Numbered from the stretch's first letter, positions 10,005-19,864 are shown. The stretch is 64,000 nt of DNA from a virus (IMGVR_UViG_3300028888_000043:9756-73755); one strand, 5' to 3'. Notes: generated by a model not told the origin, from the letters alone. Numbers and translations are program-made.

Positions 10005-10627
10005 AAAAGATTATCACTTTACTTTTAGGACTCATCCTGTTTGTATCCTGCGGTGCCACCAGGTACATCAGTCTTGACAATCAGGATGCAGCATTTGATG
10101 CTGTCGAGGTTCTCTACAACAAGTATCCTGAACTGGTAAGATACTATGAGGAAGGTGTACTCCAAATCACGTCACTGAAAGAGGTCAGGACTGAAATGGG
10201 TTATGATTACAAAATCAAGTACAGGTTCATCAAGTATTATTACAGGGATTATGCTGAAAAGATGGCATGCTTGAAGGAGAGATTCCCTGAACTCTACACA
10301 TTGTACACCAATGGTACCATCGAGGTCACATCAATCTACAAATATGTGGATGAGTATGGTGAGATTAGACATCATGCCTCATACAGAAGATTGTATGACT
10401 TCTATTATGACAATGTTCCACTGGTCTATCCTTATGGTGGGTACAGATATTACTACAGGGTGAGACCCATTCCTCCAAGGATGAGTCCACCTCCACCAAA
10501 ACCAAGACCTAATGACAGACCACAGGCAAGACCTAACAATCCACAAACCAGACTGAACAATCCTCCATCTTCAAGACCAAGCAACCCTCCAAGATCAAAT
10601 GGAGGTAATGGAGGAAGGAGAAGATAA
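10001..10627 (+). CDS. lipoprotein with Pro-rich low-complexity C-terminus
   Basis: signal peptide plus lipobox LFVSCG; C-terminal PPRMSPPPPKPRPN... tail. Confidence 0.6.
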   Translation: MKKIITLLLGLILFVSCGATRYISLDNQDAAFDAVEVLYNKYPELVRYYEEGVLQITSLKEVRTEMGYDYKIKYRFIKYYYRDYAEKMACLKERFPELYTLYTNGTIEVTSIYKYVDEYGEIRHHASYRRLYDFYYDNVPLVYPYGGYRYYYRVRPIPPRMSPPPPKPRPNDRPQARPNNPQTRLNNPPSSRPSNPPRSNGGNGGRRR

Positions 10628-10654
10628 TACCACGATGCGAAAATTCTGCGGAAA

Positions 10655-10680
10655 GAGAGTCTTTTGACTCTCTTTTTTGT
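10655..10680 (+). terminator. Rho-independent terminator plus class-B element (TTTTGTTATATTTG)
   Basis: AGAGAGTC-tttt-GACTCTCT then T6. Confidence 0.7.
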
Positions 10681-10715
10681 TATATTTGTATGTGTAAACC
10701 TATATGTAATTTATT

Positions 10716-10973
10716 ATGACAAAAGAAGAAATGATGGATGCCTACTATATCAATGATAATGATGAAAAAAATTATGAAGAGGCACAGAGAAGAATAAAGG
10801 AAGCAATGCAGAATGGAGAAAAATATGTTTATCTCCCAGGAAAGAATAATAGTAGTGGAGAATTTGCATGGGTAGCAACCAGTACCACTATTGGAAGACT
10901 CATTGCTGATGGTTTTGACATTGACAAGGTATGGAATCCTTGGGAATACTGGTCTGTTGAATGGGGATATTAA
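10716..10973 (+). CDS. hypothetical protein (85 aa)
   Basis: ORF after terminator/class-B element. Confidence 0.4.
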   Translation: MTKEEMMDAYYINDNDEKNYEEAQRRIKEAMQNGEKYVYLPGKNNSSGEFAWVATSTTIGRLIADGFDIDKVWNPWEYWSVEWGY

Positions 10974-10993
10974 AATATTAAAATATATTTATT

Positions 10994-11119
10994 ATGGAAA
11001 AAGAATGTAAAGATTGCTGGCACAATTATCATTGCCCAATGCCACAGGAAGGATATGATTATAATCCTGACACATGTCCATACAATCCTGATAACAAAAA
11101 TTTGGAAAATAAAAAATAA
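10994..11119 (+). CDS. Cys-rich mini-protein (41 aa, CxxC..C..C)
   Basis: MEKECKDCWHNYHCPMPQEGYDYNPDTCPYNP...; below ORF-track cutoff. Confidence 0.25.
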   Translation: MEKECKDCWHNYHCPMPQEGYDYNPDTCPYNPDNKNLENKK

Positions 11120-11152
11120 ATTCTTATCTTTGTAGTAGAAATACTATAAGAT

Positions 11153-11353
11153 ATGAAAAGAATCAAATTCAATTTCCAGGGTAAGCAGAGAGTCCACACC
11201 TTCTTCTTTGGTACCAATCCAGGTACAACAGGATTCAGTATCAGAGATGACAAAGGAATCCTCCATGACTGCCTGTTGACAGGTGATATGGTGAACATCT
11301 ATGGATTGGACTCTGACAAACTGGAAGAGAAAAGTAAAGTTGTTGAATTCTAA
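11153..11353 (+). CDS. hypothetical protein (66 aa)
   Basis: preceded by TATCTTTGTAGTAG -7-like motif at about 11125. Confidence 0.4.
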   Translation: MKRIKFNFQGKQRVHTFFFGTNPGTTGFSIRDDKGILHDCLLTGDMVNIYGLDSDKLEEKSKVVEF

Positions 11354-11613
11354 TGAAACTTATTAGTTACAATACCTGGAAGAAGTACAATTATGGTCAC
11401 CCTCTTGCCAATGGGTACAAATTGTGTGGTGAAGATAGAGGATGGAGTCTCTTCAAAAGTGTTTATCCCAAAGACATTGCCAGGGTTATCATCCATAAAA
11501 CATTCAGTGTTGAGGATGAAAAGAAGTATGAGTTTGTCTATTGGCCTCATCCTTATAGAGGTGTAAATTACAGGGAAGATACTATTGACATCTGGTGTAA
11601 GAAAATAAAGTAG
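11353..11613 (+). CDS. hypothetical protein (86 aa)
   Basis: TAATG overlap. Confidence 0.4.
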   Translation: MKLISYNTWKKYNYGHPLANGYKLCGEDRGWSLFKSVYPKDIARVIIHKTFSVEDEKKYEFVYWPHPYRGVNYREDTIDIWCKKIK

Positions 11614-11615
11614 AT

Positions 11616-11921
11616 ATGCTTGCAGTTATATTATTTCCAGTCAAACCGGAGAACAAGGATTATCCATTCTACAAGTCTCCGAAGAAAGTATTGGAGATTG
11701 AAGATGATGAAGCATTCTCCTATACAACTGGGACAAAGGGTGTCTATTATTGGAAACACCACATTGACAATATGGATGGGTTGAGTGACAGAGAGATTAT
11801 AGAACACTACAACTCCATATCAAGTCCAAAGGTACAAATCCTATCCAAGAAGACAGGAAAAGGATATTCAACCGAAGAGAAGAATTATTTTGTAAGGATT
11901 ATAAGATATGCTCACAATTAA
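11616..11921 (+). CDS. hypothetical protein (101 aa)
   Basis: ORF. Confidence 0.4.
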   Translation: MLAVILFPVKPENKDYPFYKSPKKVLEIEDDEAFSYTTGTKGVYYWKHHIDNMDGLSDREIIEHYNSISSPKVQILSKKTGKGYSTEEKNYFVRIIRYAHN

Positions 11922-12507
11922 AGACATCAAAAATGAAGCAGGGATTTACAACATTCCCGCTGATATTCATATCAACAAAAATATCTGTTTTGATTTCCGT
12001 CTATTTGATGCGCTTGTCAATCCTGATTATAAAAATAACCATGATTACAGGTATGATTTTGATATTTATCTTCCCAAATATGGTATCAATCTTCAGAGAC
12101 CTTATGTGTGGGAGGCATGTCAGCAGCAGGAATTTATTTTCTCTATTCTCCTTGAAAAACCGATTGATTCTGTTATCATCAATCAGCACAACAATGATGT
12201 AAACCGTAGTAACACCATCAACCGGGTTATTGATGGGAAGCAGAGGCTCTTGACTATTCGGAAATTCGCTCTCAATGAATTCCCTATCTTCATTGATGGG
12301 AAGGAATATTATTATAAGGATTTCTCAAAAGAACTCCAGCGCTTCTTCCAGTCAAGGGTGAATTATATGACAGGTACTGTCTATTATTCATATGATGACA
12401 TCCCTCTTGATGATGATATGCTCATCCGTCTTTTCAACTTCTACAATTTTGCCGGTACTCCCCAGGCAGAGGAACATAAGATTAAACTTCAAAAACTGTT
12501 AAAGTAA
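11908..12507 (+). CDS. DUF262 (GmrSD N-terminal / ParB-like nuclease superfamily) domain protein
   Basis: LQRPYVWE...IDGKQRLLTI matches the QR-x-Y-x-W and DGQQRL signature motifs. Confidence 0.5.
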   Translation: MLTIKDIKNEAGIYNIPADIHINKNICFDFRLFDALVNPDYKNNHDYRYDFDIYLPKYGINLQRPYVWEACQQQEFIFSILLEKPIDSVIINQHNNDVNRSNTINRVIDGKQRLLTIRKFALNEFPIFIDGKEYYYKDFSKELQRFFQSRVNYMTGTVYYSYDDIPLDDDMLIRLFNFYNFAGTPQAEEHKIKLQKLLK

Positions 12508-12508
12508 T

Positions 12509-12805
12509 ATGTCAAGAAGAAAAAAAATCGAATCTTTCTACAAGTTGTTCTATAATGAATATAGAATGCCTGATAAACTTTCTTATATCATGGATGTGAT
12601 GAGATCCTGTAAAAATCAGGACCAACTGGATGCGACCCTCAAGTGGGGTAAAAAAGTCCTTTGGCAATTCAATGATGTAATGTGCAAGTCTATTATAGAC
12701 CTTTCCATAGAACTCAAACTCCTAAACAGGACTGAACAACTTATAGATACATTAAAAAATTATCATGAATTCCTATCCAAAAGATTCCTCAAATGTCAAG
12801 AATAA
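12509..12805 (+). CDS. hypothetical protein (98 aa)
   Basis: ORF. Confidence 0.4.
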   Translation: MSRRKKIESFYKLFYNEYRMPDKLSYIMDVMRSCKNQDQLDATLKWGKKVLWQFNDVMCKSIIDLSIELKLLNRTEQLIDTLKNYHEFLSKRFLKCQE

Positions 12806-13068
12806 AAGTAGAATGGAATGACAAGCACTCCTGGAAGGTCACCAAGAGACTTGACAAGGATGGTAAGGTTGTCGCTATGAAATTTATGGGAGATTGGTAT
12901 TATCCCAGAAAAGATTATAGTGGTAGAGATTATATGTATGGATCCTGGTATATTGCCAGTGATGTATGTGACAATTGTGCCTTACAGAAGTTCTGTAAAG
13001 GAGACAACCCTATCTGGAATGCCTGCTCTGAAACTGATGAATTAGAAATTAATTGGTATTTATTATGA
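12793..13068 (+). CDS. hypothetical protein (91 aa)
   Basis: ORF. Confidence 0.4.
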   Translation: MSRIKVEWNDKHSWKVTKRLDKDGKVVAMKFMGDWYYPRKDYSGRDYMYGSWYIASDVCDNCALQKFCKGDNPIWNACSETDELEINWYLL

Positions 13069-13289
13069 AAAAATGGAGAATTAAAGAAGTTACGTATCGT
13101 GCTGGAACACCTAATGAAAGTAAAAAGTATCTTGTTGAAAAAAGATTCCTTGGATTTCTTTGGTGGCATGATCCGTTTGAAGATGGTATGTATAGTGATG
13201 GTGAATTCAATACATTTGATGAAACACTTAAACGTGTGCAAAATCACATCACTTACACCAAGAGTAGTAAGATTGTTTGGGAAGTATAA
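13065..13289 (+). CDS. hypothetical protein (74 aa)
   Basis: start at ATGA overlap. Confidence 0.35.
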   Translation: MKKWRIKEVTYRAGTPNESKKYLVEKRFLGFLWWHDPFEDGMYSDGEFNTFDETLKRVQNHITYTKSSKIVWEV

Positions 13290-13301
13290 TAATTATTATA
13301 T

Positions 13302-13841
13302 ATGAAAATTAAACTATCCAATGAGGATTATGAATTCTTGAAGAGTCTTCAGTATGAACTCAATGTGCAGGAGCATGATGGGAATGCAGACCCAGTGTTC
13401 TGGGGTGTAAGTGAGGTATATGAAGAATTCAGAGGTGAAAGTGGAGAATATGGTGGAAAACCATACATCACATATGATGATGGTAAGTATTCTCTTGAAG
13501 AGGCCATTGAAGAAGTTGAAGGTGCATTGAATACAGATGATGATTATGCTGATGTAAAAGAAGAGTGGAAAGAAGTTGATAAATCTGATCCATATGAGGT
13601 TCGTGATTTTATGACTGACCGTATGGGATGGGATAACATCTATGATGTCGTTTATGTAGAAAAGGTAAGGAGAGTCACTGAAAATACCGGCGCATTCCTG
13701 ACAAAAAAGGCATGTAAGGATTATATCAAAAAATACAGGTACAACCACGATGATCCGAAAACCTATGCTATGACCGCATACAGAAACTTTGAACTTGAGA
13801 GACTCCTCAACATCTTAAAGAATCTTAAATTCGAGGAATAA
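13302..13841 (+). CDS. hypothetical acidic protein (179 aa)
   Basis: ORF. Confidence 0.45.
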   Translation: MKIKLSNEDYEFLKSLQYELNVQEHDGNADPVFWGVSEVYEEFRGESGEYGGKPYITYDDGKYSLEEAIEEVEGALNTDDDYADVKEEWKEVDKSDPYEVRDFMTDRMGWDNIYDVVYVEKVRRVTENTGAFLTKKACKDYIKKYRYNHDDPKTYAMTAYRNFELERLLNILKNLKFEE

Positions 13842-13858
13842 GCCTAAAAATAAAGGAT

Positions 13859-14299
13859 ATGATGACATTAAATGAAGCGATAGAACATTGTAGAGAAAAA
13901 GCATGTGGAAATTCAGAGTGCGCTCTTGAACATCAACAACTTGCAGATTGGTTGGAAGAACTTCAAACACTTAAATCGCTACATTGGATTAAGATGAGTG
14001 ATGTTCCTCTTCTTGAAGGTATTGAAGTCATTGGTTATAATAAGGAGTGGGTTGATGAAGACTTTAACCCAACCGGTACCAGGATTGGATTTATTAACAG
14101 TGAAGGTTGGTTTACATCTGCAAAGTGGGTAAATGATCTTGATTGTTATGCGACCTGTTGTGAGGAAGGTGATGATTTTGAAACAACCCAGACTGTAGAT
14201 GGTAAGGAAATCCGTCGTTATTGGAAGAATGGAGAACCAATAGAAGGACATCTTCCAAATATGCCAACACATTATATGATTATACCTAAAGTAGAATAG
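13859..14299 (+). CDS. hypothetical protein, DUF551-like C-terminus (PTHYMIIPK)
   Basis: weak resemblance to the phage DUF551 C-terminal THWMPLP motif. Confidence 0.4.
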   Translation: MMTLNEAIEHCREKACGNSECALEHQQLADWLEELQTLKSLHWIKMSDVPLLEGIEVIGYNKEWVDEDFNPTGTRIGFINSEGWFTSAKWVNDLDCYATCCEEGDDFETTQTVDGKEIRRYWKNGEPIEGHLPNMPTHYMIIPKVE

Positions 14300-14301
14300 T
14301 T

Positions 14302-14574
14302 ATGTATAAAGCTGGAGATTTTCTCTATGAACTTGGAGATAAAGGTATTAAGAAGGACTCACAAAGAGTTTTCATTTATACTGGTCATACAACCGGGGAT
14401 GGATATGGTATCCTCATTGGATTTGATTCTGATGGTAAGCTCAGGAAGTCAACCGGTCCTGGAAATTATCAGTATGGTAATGATGTGAGACTTGCGACAG
14501 AGGAAGAAATCAAGTCCTTCATAAATGATGTATTTAACTATCAGGATCCTATAAGAGAATATGGGAGACCTTGA
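14302..14574 (+). CDS. hypothetical protein (90 aa)
   Basis: ORF. Confidence 0.4.
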   Translation: MYKAGDFLYELGDKGIKKDSQRVFIYTGHTTGDGYGILIGFDSDGKLRKSTGPGNYQYGNDVRLATEEEIKSFINDVFNYQDPIREYGRP

Positions 14575-14667
14575 ATAAGCAATGTATAATGATAAGAATC
14601 TATCATAATTTTGGTGTTGTGGTAGACAATCACAAAATCACAAAAAAGTTGTTTAGGAGTATTAATT

Positions 14668-15402
14668 ATGAAATTTCTGATTCAGACAATCAATAAGCAG
14701 ATTGTCCATGATTTCTCCTGGGAACTCTCCAGATGTGAAGAGTATCACAAGTGGATTGAGGATCCTATCACTCTCCGTTATCATGAGGGAATGGACTTTG
14801 AGCAAATCAAACACCCTGATACATATGTACCCGTCGGGTCTGTGGAGTTTGTGTCAGCATACCTGAACAGGTTTTATCCGGAAGCAAAGGAGGCATTGAA
14901 ACCTCTCAATGTCCCTAAATGTCTGTATCCTTATACCGGCAGAACTATCTCCAATGTGAGAACACCAGAAGATTTCATCCCCTTCTGTAACTATTCGCTT
15001 GTGTTTGCAAAGGATATGAACAAGATTAAAAGTGAAAGAAGCGGGTTCATTGGTCTTCCAACATTTGAACGAGTGAAGGACTGTCAGGTATCATCTGTCG
15101 TTGACTTCCAGTCTGAATGGAGAGTATTTGTATTCCAGGATGGTTTATTGGACTGTCGGTGTTACAGTGGAGACTGTTTTGTCATTCCAAGTAAAGACAA
15201 AATCAAAGAGATGATGAACACATTCAGGACAGAAGGAACTCCTGTTGCATACACACTGGATGTAGGAGTCACCACCAATGGTGAGACTGTAGTTATCGAG
15301 TGTCACCGTTTCTATTCTTGTGGCCTCTATGGATTCAGTCAGCAGAATATTTATCCTGCGATGCTTTCGCAGACCTGGTACCAAATGAGAAATATGAAAT
15401 GA
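14668..15402 (+). CDS. ATP-grasp-like protein (tentative)
   Basis: SEWRVFVFQDGLL and TLDVGV..GETVVIECH resemble the RimK-type ATP-grasp E-RVFV and LEVN regions. Confidence 0.3.
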   Translation: MKFLIQTINKQIVHDFSWELSRCEEYHKWIEDPITLRYHEGMDFEQIKHPDTYVPVGSVEFVSAYLNRFYPEAKEALKPLNVPKCLYPYTGRTISNVRTPEDFIPFCNYSLVFAKDMNKIKSERSGFIGLPTFERVKDCQVSSVVDFQSEWRVFVFQDGLLDCRCYSGDCFVIPSKDKIKEMMNTFRTEGTPVAYTLDVGVTTNGETVVIECHRFYSCGLYGFSQQNIYPAMLSQTWYQMRNMK

Positions 15403-15403
15403 T

Positions 15404-16084
15404 ATGAAGCACTATGATTCCATACCAAGGATCCAGGATGATGGGACACTGAAAGGGGATTATGTCTGGGGGTTCAATAAACTTGATGGACAGAACTTCT
15501 GTGTAACATACAACTGCCGGAAGAAGACCTGGGGTCCATATGGTTCAAGGACTGTCACTGTTGATGAGAACAGCGAGCAGTTTGGTGACACTGTAAAGTG
15601 GTTCAATTGCTCCCACTATCCAGATGTCCTGGAAAAGATTGTCAGGGAACACTCCAGTAAGAAAGAGGTTTTCAATGGTGTAGATGAGGTAACCTTCTTC
15701 TTTGAATGGTATGGTGCAAACTCTTTTGCAGGGAAACATCAGGAAGGTGATGAAATGCATCTGGCACTCATTGATGTGTTCTTGAAAAAGAAAGGTTATA
15801 TGGAGCCTGCTGACTATTACTCCCTATTCTGCCTGAATGATGACATTGAGACACCTGACTTGATTTGCAGGGGGGACTTGGATTCTGAAATTATATCCAT
15901 CATCCAGGAGAATGACTGGACACAACCAGATGCTGAACTTCCAAATGTCAAGGAAGGTGTAGTCTTCAAGAGGAGTACACTTATGAAAGGACAGAGAAGA
16001 CCTTCTGTCAAGGTGAAGACCAAGTGGTGGTTGGACAAACTCCACTCTATGTATAGTGAAGAAGAATGTAAAAAGTTGGAGTAA
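15404..16084 (+). CDS. Rnl2-family RNA ligase nucleotidyltransferase domain (226 aa)
   Basis: motif I FNKLDGQN (KxDG), motif IV EGVVFK, motif V KVKTK about 20 aa later; spacing matches T4 Rnl2. Confidence 0.6.
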   Translation: MKHYDSIPRIQDDGTLKGDYVWGFNKLDGQNFCVTYNCRKKTWGPYGSRTVTVDENSEQFGDTVKWFNCSHYPDVLEKIVREHSSKKEVFNGVDEVTFFFEWYGANSFAGKHQEGDEMHLALIDVFLKKKGYMEPADYYSLFCLNDDIETPDLICRGDLDSEIISIIQENDWTQPDAELPNVKEGVVFKRSTLMKGQRRPSVKVKTKWWLDKLHSMYSEEECKKLE

Positions 16085-16086
16085 TA

Positions 16087-16313
16087 TGGATACAAAATTT
16101 ATTGATGATACTCTTGCTGAATCACAAAATAGACAAAAAAATTATCTTATAAAGATTAGCAAAATCAAAGATGCAATAAAGACACTTGAAGAAGAAGGTA
16201 TTGCTCTACCTGAATCTGTATATGGAACACTTGCATACTATCAGTCAGAGTATGACAATGAATATAGACAATATAGTATTTTACTTAAATTGAATAAATA
16301 TGAAGACTGTTGA
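16087..16313 (+). CDS. hypothetical protein (75 aa)
   Basis: ATG right after upstream stop. Confidence 0.4.
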
Positions 16314-16437
16314 ACTTAAAGTAATCATCAATGTACCTGATGATTATGATTGTGCATATCCATTTGATACATTGGTGGATTCTAATTACAGGGATGATAT
16401 GGAAGTCATTGATGTTGAACTAATTGATGAATATTGA
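16299..16437 (+). CDS. acidic mini-protein (45 aa)
   Basis: MKTVELKVIINVPDDYDCAYPFD...; below cutoff. Confidence 0.25.
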
Positions 16438-16438
16438 T

Positions 16439-16678
16439 ATGGATTACTATATGGCAACTGGTAAATATGAGACACTAACCCGTGTCGTGATTGAACACTA
16501 TGACAAGAGATATATTTTAGAAACTCCTTATAGTGATTCCAATTTACTGGAAGATTTGTTATCTTTAACTTACAATGCGCTTCTTGCCGCTGGTTACCAT
16601 CAAGATACAATCAATCAAGCTCTTGTGGAGATGGCAGAAGAAAAGGGATATAAGGAAGATGAAGAAGAAGAATCCTGA
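16439..16678 (+). CDS. hypothetical protein (79 aa)
   Basis: start trimmed to ATG after upstream stop. Confidence 0.4.
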   Translation: MDYYMATGKYETLTRVVIEHYDKRYILETPYSDSNLLEDLLSLTYNALLAAGYHQDTINQALVEMAEEKGYKEDEEEES

Positions 16679-16922
16679 ATACACTGACATCTGTGACTGT
16701 AATGGTGAACTCATTCCATATGGTGCCCTGCTGGATTTTATCTGGTGGGCATACAATGGTAGTGAGGTGGAACTCCATTATGTGGCCAAGATAAGGAAGA
16801 GAAAATCCGGTGACATCTTTGAATTCATCAAGGATGACAGGGGAAGAGACTGTCACTTCACACATAGATTGACATCCCTGAACTGGTGTAGTGATGACCT
16901 TGAACTGATAAAGGAGAATTGA
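16659..16922 (+). CDS. hypothetical protein (87 aa, CxC motif)
   Basis: start trimmed to MKKKNPEYTDICDC. Confidence 0.4.
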   Translation: MKKKNPEYTDICDCNGELIPYGALLDFIWWAYNGSEVELHYVAKIRKRKSGDIFEFIKDDRGRDCHFTHRLTSLNWCSDDLELIKEN

Positions 16923-16923
16923 T

Positions 16924-17076
16924 ATGGACAAGATTCTTGAAGAACTACATAAGAAATATTGCTGTGAATGCGGATCGCAGAGATGTACAGGTGAGGATGA
17001 ATGGTTGAATGGGTGTCCACATTACAGAGAATTGAAAGAAAGATATGGGAAACTGGAGAAAAATAATCTTCCTTGA
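16924..17076 (+). CDS. Cys-rich mini-protein (50 aa; CCECGSQRC...C)
   Basis: below cutoff; overlaps start of next gene. Confidence 0.25.
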   Translation: MDKILEELHKKYCCECGSQRCTGEDEWLNGCPHYRELKERYGKLEKNNLP

Positions 17077-17569
17077 CATTGACGGGGTGATGGCATCCAT
17101 ACCTTACCTGTGTAAAGGGAAAGGATATATAGACCCGAAGAAATGTAAACTCCTCAACACCCTTGAAGACATAGGTGTTGAGATTGTTATATCATCTTCC
17201 TGGGGATACGACAATGGCCGCACGGAGAAATCCCTGCGAGACTGCGGTCTCACCATACCTATCATTGGTTACACACAACATCTCCATTTCAACTGGGAAT
17301 GGGCATGCCGAGGTAATGAGATTGAAAAATGGATTCAGGACAACTTCAAGGGGATGGGAACTAAGTGGGGTTATGATGATGAAGGAGTATCATATCACAG
17401 ACACCATCCTCATAATACCGACATTGATTATGAGTATGTCATCTTTGATGATGGGGAAGATATGCTTCTTGGTCAGAAGGATAACTTCATTAAGATACAT
17501 GATTATCAAGGTATAACAAAAAGAGATATTAACAAAGCAAGAAAAATATTGACAAGGGATGAAAAGTAG
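17045..17569 (+). CDS. HAD-superfamily phosphatase (polynucleotide 3'-phosphatase-like)
   Basis: N-terminal FLDIDGV (DxDG nucleophile motif), ISSSWG, FDDGEDM. Confidence 0.55.
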   Translation: MGNWRKIIFLDIDGVMASIPYLCKGKGYIDPKKCKLLNTLEDIGVEIVISSSWGYDNGRTEKSLRDCGLTIPIIGYTQHLHFNWEWACRGNEIEKWIQDNFKGMGTKWGYDDEGVSYHRHHPHNTDIDYEYVIFDDGEDMLLGQKDNFIKIHDYQGITKRDINKARKILTRDEK

Positions 17570-17834
17570 AAGTGAAAATGAGATTAAAATATGGCTCATC
17601 ACAAGGTCTTGGTACAAGAAATATATGTACAACCTGATGAAAGAAAACCCTGATGAGGCAGATAACTACCTTGATGGGAAGATGGGTCCATACACTCTGT
17701 CCAGTGCCTTTACATACAGGAACACACCTGAGGGTGTTGAGTACTGGGGGAAGAAAGAAGAAAAGTTCCTTATCTGGTATTATCACCAGAAGAAAGAGGT
17801 ATTCCGTTGCAGATGGTTCACAATTCAAATCTAA
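17559..17834 (+). CDS. hypothetical protein (91 aa)
   Basis: ORF. Confidence 0.4.
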   Translation: MKSRSENEIKIWLITRSWYKKYMYNLMKENPDEADNYLDGKMGPYTLSSAFTYRNTPEGVEYWGKKEEKFLIWYYHQKKEVFRCRWFTIQI

Positions 17835-17839
17835 ATATT

Positions 17840-18232
17840 ATGGCACACAAGAAATTTATGAAGCACCTTGGTGATAGGTATGAAGTCCTCACTGGCTGGC
17901 AGACAGCCAATCTGATTATTAAAACTATGAAGGACAGAGCTCCATTGACATCTAATCAGGAAAGAGTCTTGAAAGAAGAATTTGGTGATTCTGGTATTAA
18001 AGGAAACCTGGATATGCCATTCCTTGCCTATTCCTGGAAAGAGGAAAAGAAAGCAGGTAAATTCATATGGAGACTCACCACCCCCATATTCTTCCTGTAT
18101 GTTTTCATTGTTATGATTACTGTATTACCTCTCAAATGGATTTTAACAGGTTACTATGGATTGTCCAGGGACAGTAAGTTTGGACAGTTCAATGTCAACT
18201 GGTATCAGAAAATATACAATGAACGCTGGTAA
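17840..18232 (+). CDS. membrane protein (1 TM)
   Basis: hydrophobic helix PIFFLYVFIVMITVLPLKWIL. Confidence 0.45.
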   Translation: MAHKKFMKHLGDRYEVLTGWQTANLIIKTMKDRAPLTSNQERVLKEEFGDSGIKGNLDMPFLAYSWKEEKKAGKFIWRLTTPIFFLYVFIVMITVLPLKWILTGYYGLSRDSKFGQFNVNWYQKIYNERW

Positions 18233-18286
18233 TTTTTGGAAATGTGAAAATAATATATTATATTTGTATTGAAAATGTGATTGTAT

Positions 18287-19084
18287 ATGGAAACTGAAAA
18301 GAAAGAAGAAAAGCAGGTAATCACCCCGAGTCAGTATTTTGAACATCTGAAAGGTGCAAAGAATGAGATTACCTCGGAAGACCTGAAGGAGTCCATCAAT
18401 GCCTTTGTCATCCTGGCAGACAAATATGAAAAGACCGGTCAGACTCTGGCCACGGATAAGCTGATCTACCTGTCAGAGGTTATGAAGAAGGAAGAGCAGC
18501 TCATCAGTATGGGTATCAACACCTTCATCTATAAGGATGTTATCGAGGACTACATCACCAAGGTGGCGGACAAGACTGTCAAGATCGTTGAACTGTCTCG
18601 TTATATGAGAGAGTTGCCGGATGAGATTGTGGAGACCGTCGCCAAGGTCAAGGGTATCTTCGATGAACTCTATGTGGTTTTTACCGACTACACCGGTAAG
18701 GAAGAAAGAAAGGTGGAGAAGGAGAGACGGGACAAGGACCCCATCCTCTTTGGCGTGTTCAAGAACAATGCTGTGGTTGCTGACCGCTTCTATTTCCTTG
18801 GTGACTGGGTTGATGAGTACTGCGACCTCACCTTGGACAAACTCATTGACCAATATAAGGACAAGGAAGGATTCTCTCCGCTTATCACTACCAGCATCCC
18901 AAAGAATGTAGATGAACTGGTTGAACTGATGAAGACCTACAAGGTGGATGAGAAGAAACAGAAGGTTGTGTTAAGTGGTGACAATTTTATCTCATCTACA
19001 GAAATCCATGCCTTCAATGTGGATCCTCAAGTGAAACCGAAGAAGAGTTTCTTTGACAAGATTCGCAGTATCCTCAAGAAGTAA
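18287..19084 (+). CDS. hypothetical protein (266 aa)
   Basis: ATG start (track start 18281 is TTG); -7-like TATATTTGTATTG upstream. Confidence 0.5.
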   Translation: METEKKEEKQVITPSQYFEHLKGAKNEITSEDLKESINAFVILADKYEKTGQTLATDKLIYLSEVMKKEEQLISMGINTFIYKDVIEDYITKVADKTVKIVELSRYMRELPDEIVETVAKVKGIFDELYVVFTDYTGKEERKVEKERRDKDPILFGVFKNNAVVADRFYFLGDWVDEYCDLTLDKLIDQYKDKEGFSPLITTSIPKNVDELVELMKTYKVDEKKQKVVLSGDNFISSTEIHAFNVDPQVKPKKSFFDKIRSILKK

Positions 19085-19500
19085 TGTTACCTCCTAACAT
19101 AGACCTGACTGAAAACAGGGACTTCAATGAAGGAAATCTCTGGTTTGACATCAATTTTGGTGATGAACTGGAGGCCTTATTTGTAGATGAATATATGACA
19201 TCTGACCAGTATGAAACTCTCAAGAGATATGAGAGCATCTTTGGAAAAAGGAGGCACAAGAATCAGGCGAGAGAACTACTTGGAGATTTGTATGATATGC
19301 CTTTTTCTGTTCCGGTAAACTGGAACAGAACCTGTGTCAGATGTGGGAAACCTTTACTTCCCTGGAACAATCTCGGTGGAATATGCCGAGAATGTGATGG
19401 AGAACTGAACCAGTCATATGGATATGGAGGTTTCCCTTGGGCAGTTTACAATACTCCAAATGACCCCAGGTCGGCTATGGACATTTTCACATTAAGATAA
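19084..19500 (+). CDS. hypothetical protein with C-terminal CxxC..CxxC
   Basis: TAATG overlap; CVRCGKP...CRECDG. Confidence 0.45.
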   Translation: MLPPNIDLTENRDFNEGNLWFDINFGDELEALFVDEYMTSDQYETLKRYESIFGKRRHKNQARELLGDLYDMPFSVPVNWNRTCVRCGKPLLPWNNLGGICRECDGELNQSYGYGGFPWAVYNTPNDPRSAMDIFTLR

Positions 19501-19501
19501 T

Positions 19502-19699
19502 ATGAGTATCTGGGCAGACATGCACCGTAGAAGTAACGGTGTACAGGAAAGAAAGGAGAACAAGATAAAGGAATGGGATGATGAAATCACTTGGCCTCAT
19601 GTACTGAAAGTATATAGCAAAACCATTTCCGGTAATATTGTATCAGTACAACCAATGTCCCCACCAATAGGTAAGTTATTTTATACAGATTTCAAATGA
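19502..19699 (+). CDS. MSIW-leader family member 1 (65 aa)
   Basis: N-terminus MSIWADMHRRSNGVQERKE. Confidence 0.6.
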   Translation: MSIWADMHRRSNGVQERKENKIKEWDDEITWPHVLKVYSKTISGNIVSVQPMSPPIGKLFYTDFK

Positions 19700-19863
19700 G
19701 TATCTGGGCAGACATACACAGAAGAAGTAATGGTCTTCAGGAAAGGAGAGAAGATATCCTTGCGAGAATAAAGTATCAGGAATATCTTTCATACTTGAAA
19801 AGTCCACAAAAATTTATGGATGAATATGTAGTTATTTTTCCTCCACATTCTAACAAAGAATAA
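19696..19863 (+). CDS. MSIW-leader family member 2 (55 aa)
   Basis: MSIWADIHRRSNGLQERRED...; ATGA overlap; below ORF-track cutoff. Confidence 0.45.
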   Translation: MSIWADIHRRSNGLQERREDILARIKYQEYLSYLKSPQKFMDEYVVIFPPHSNKE

Positions 19864-19864
19864 T

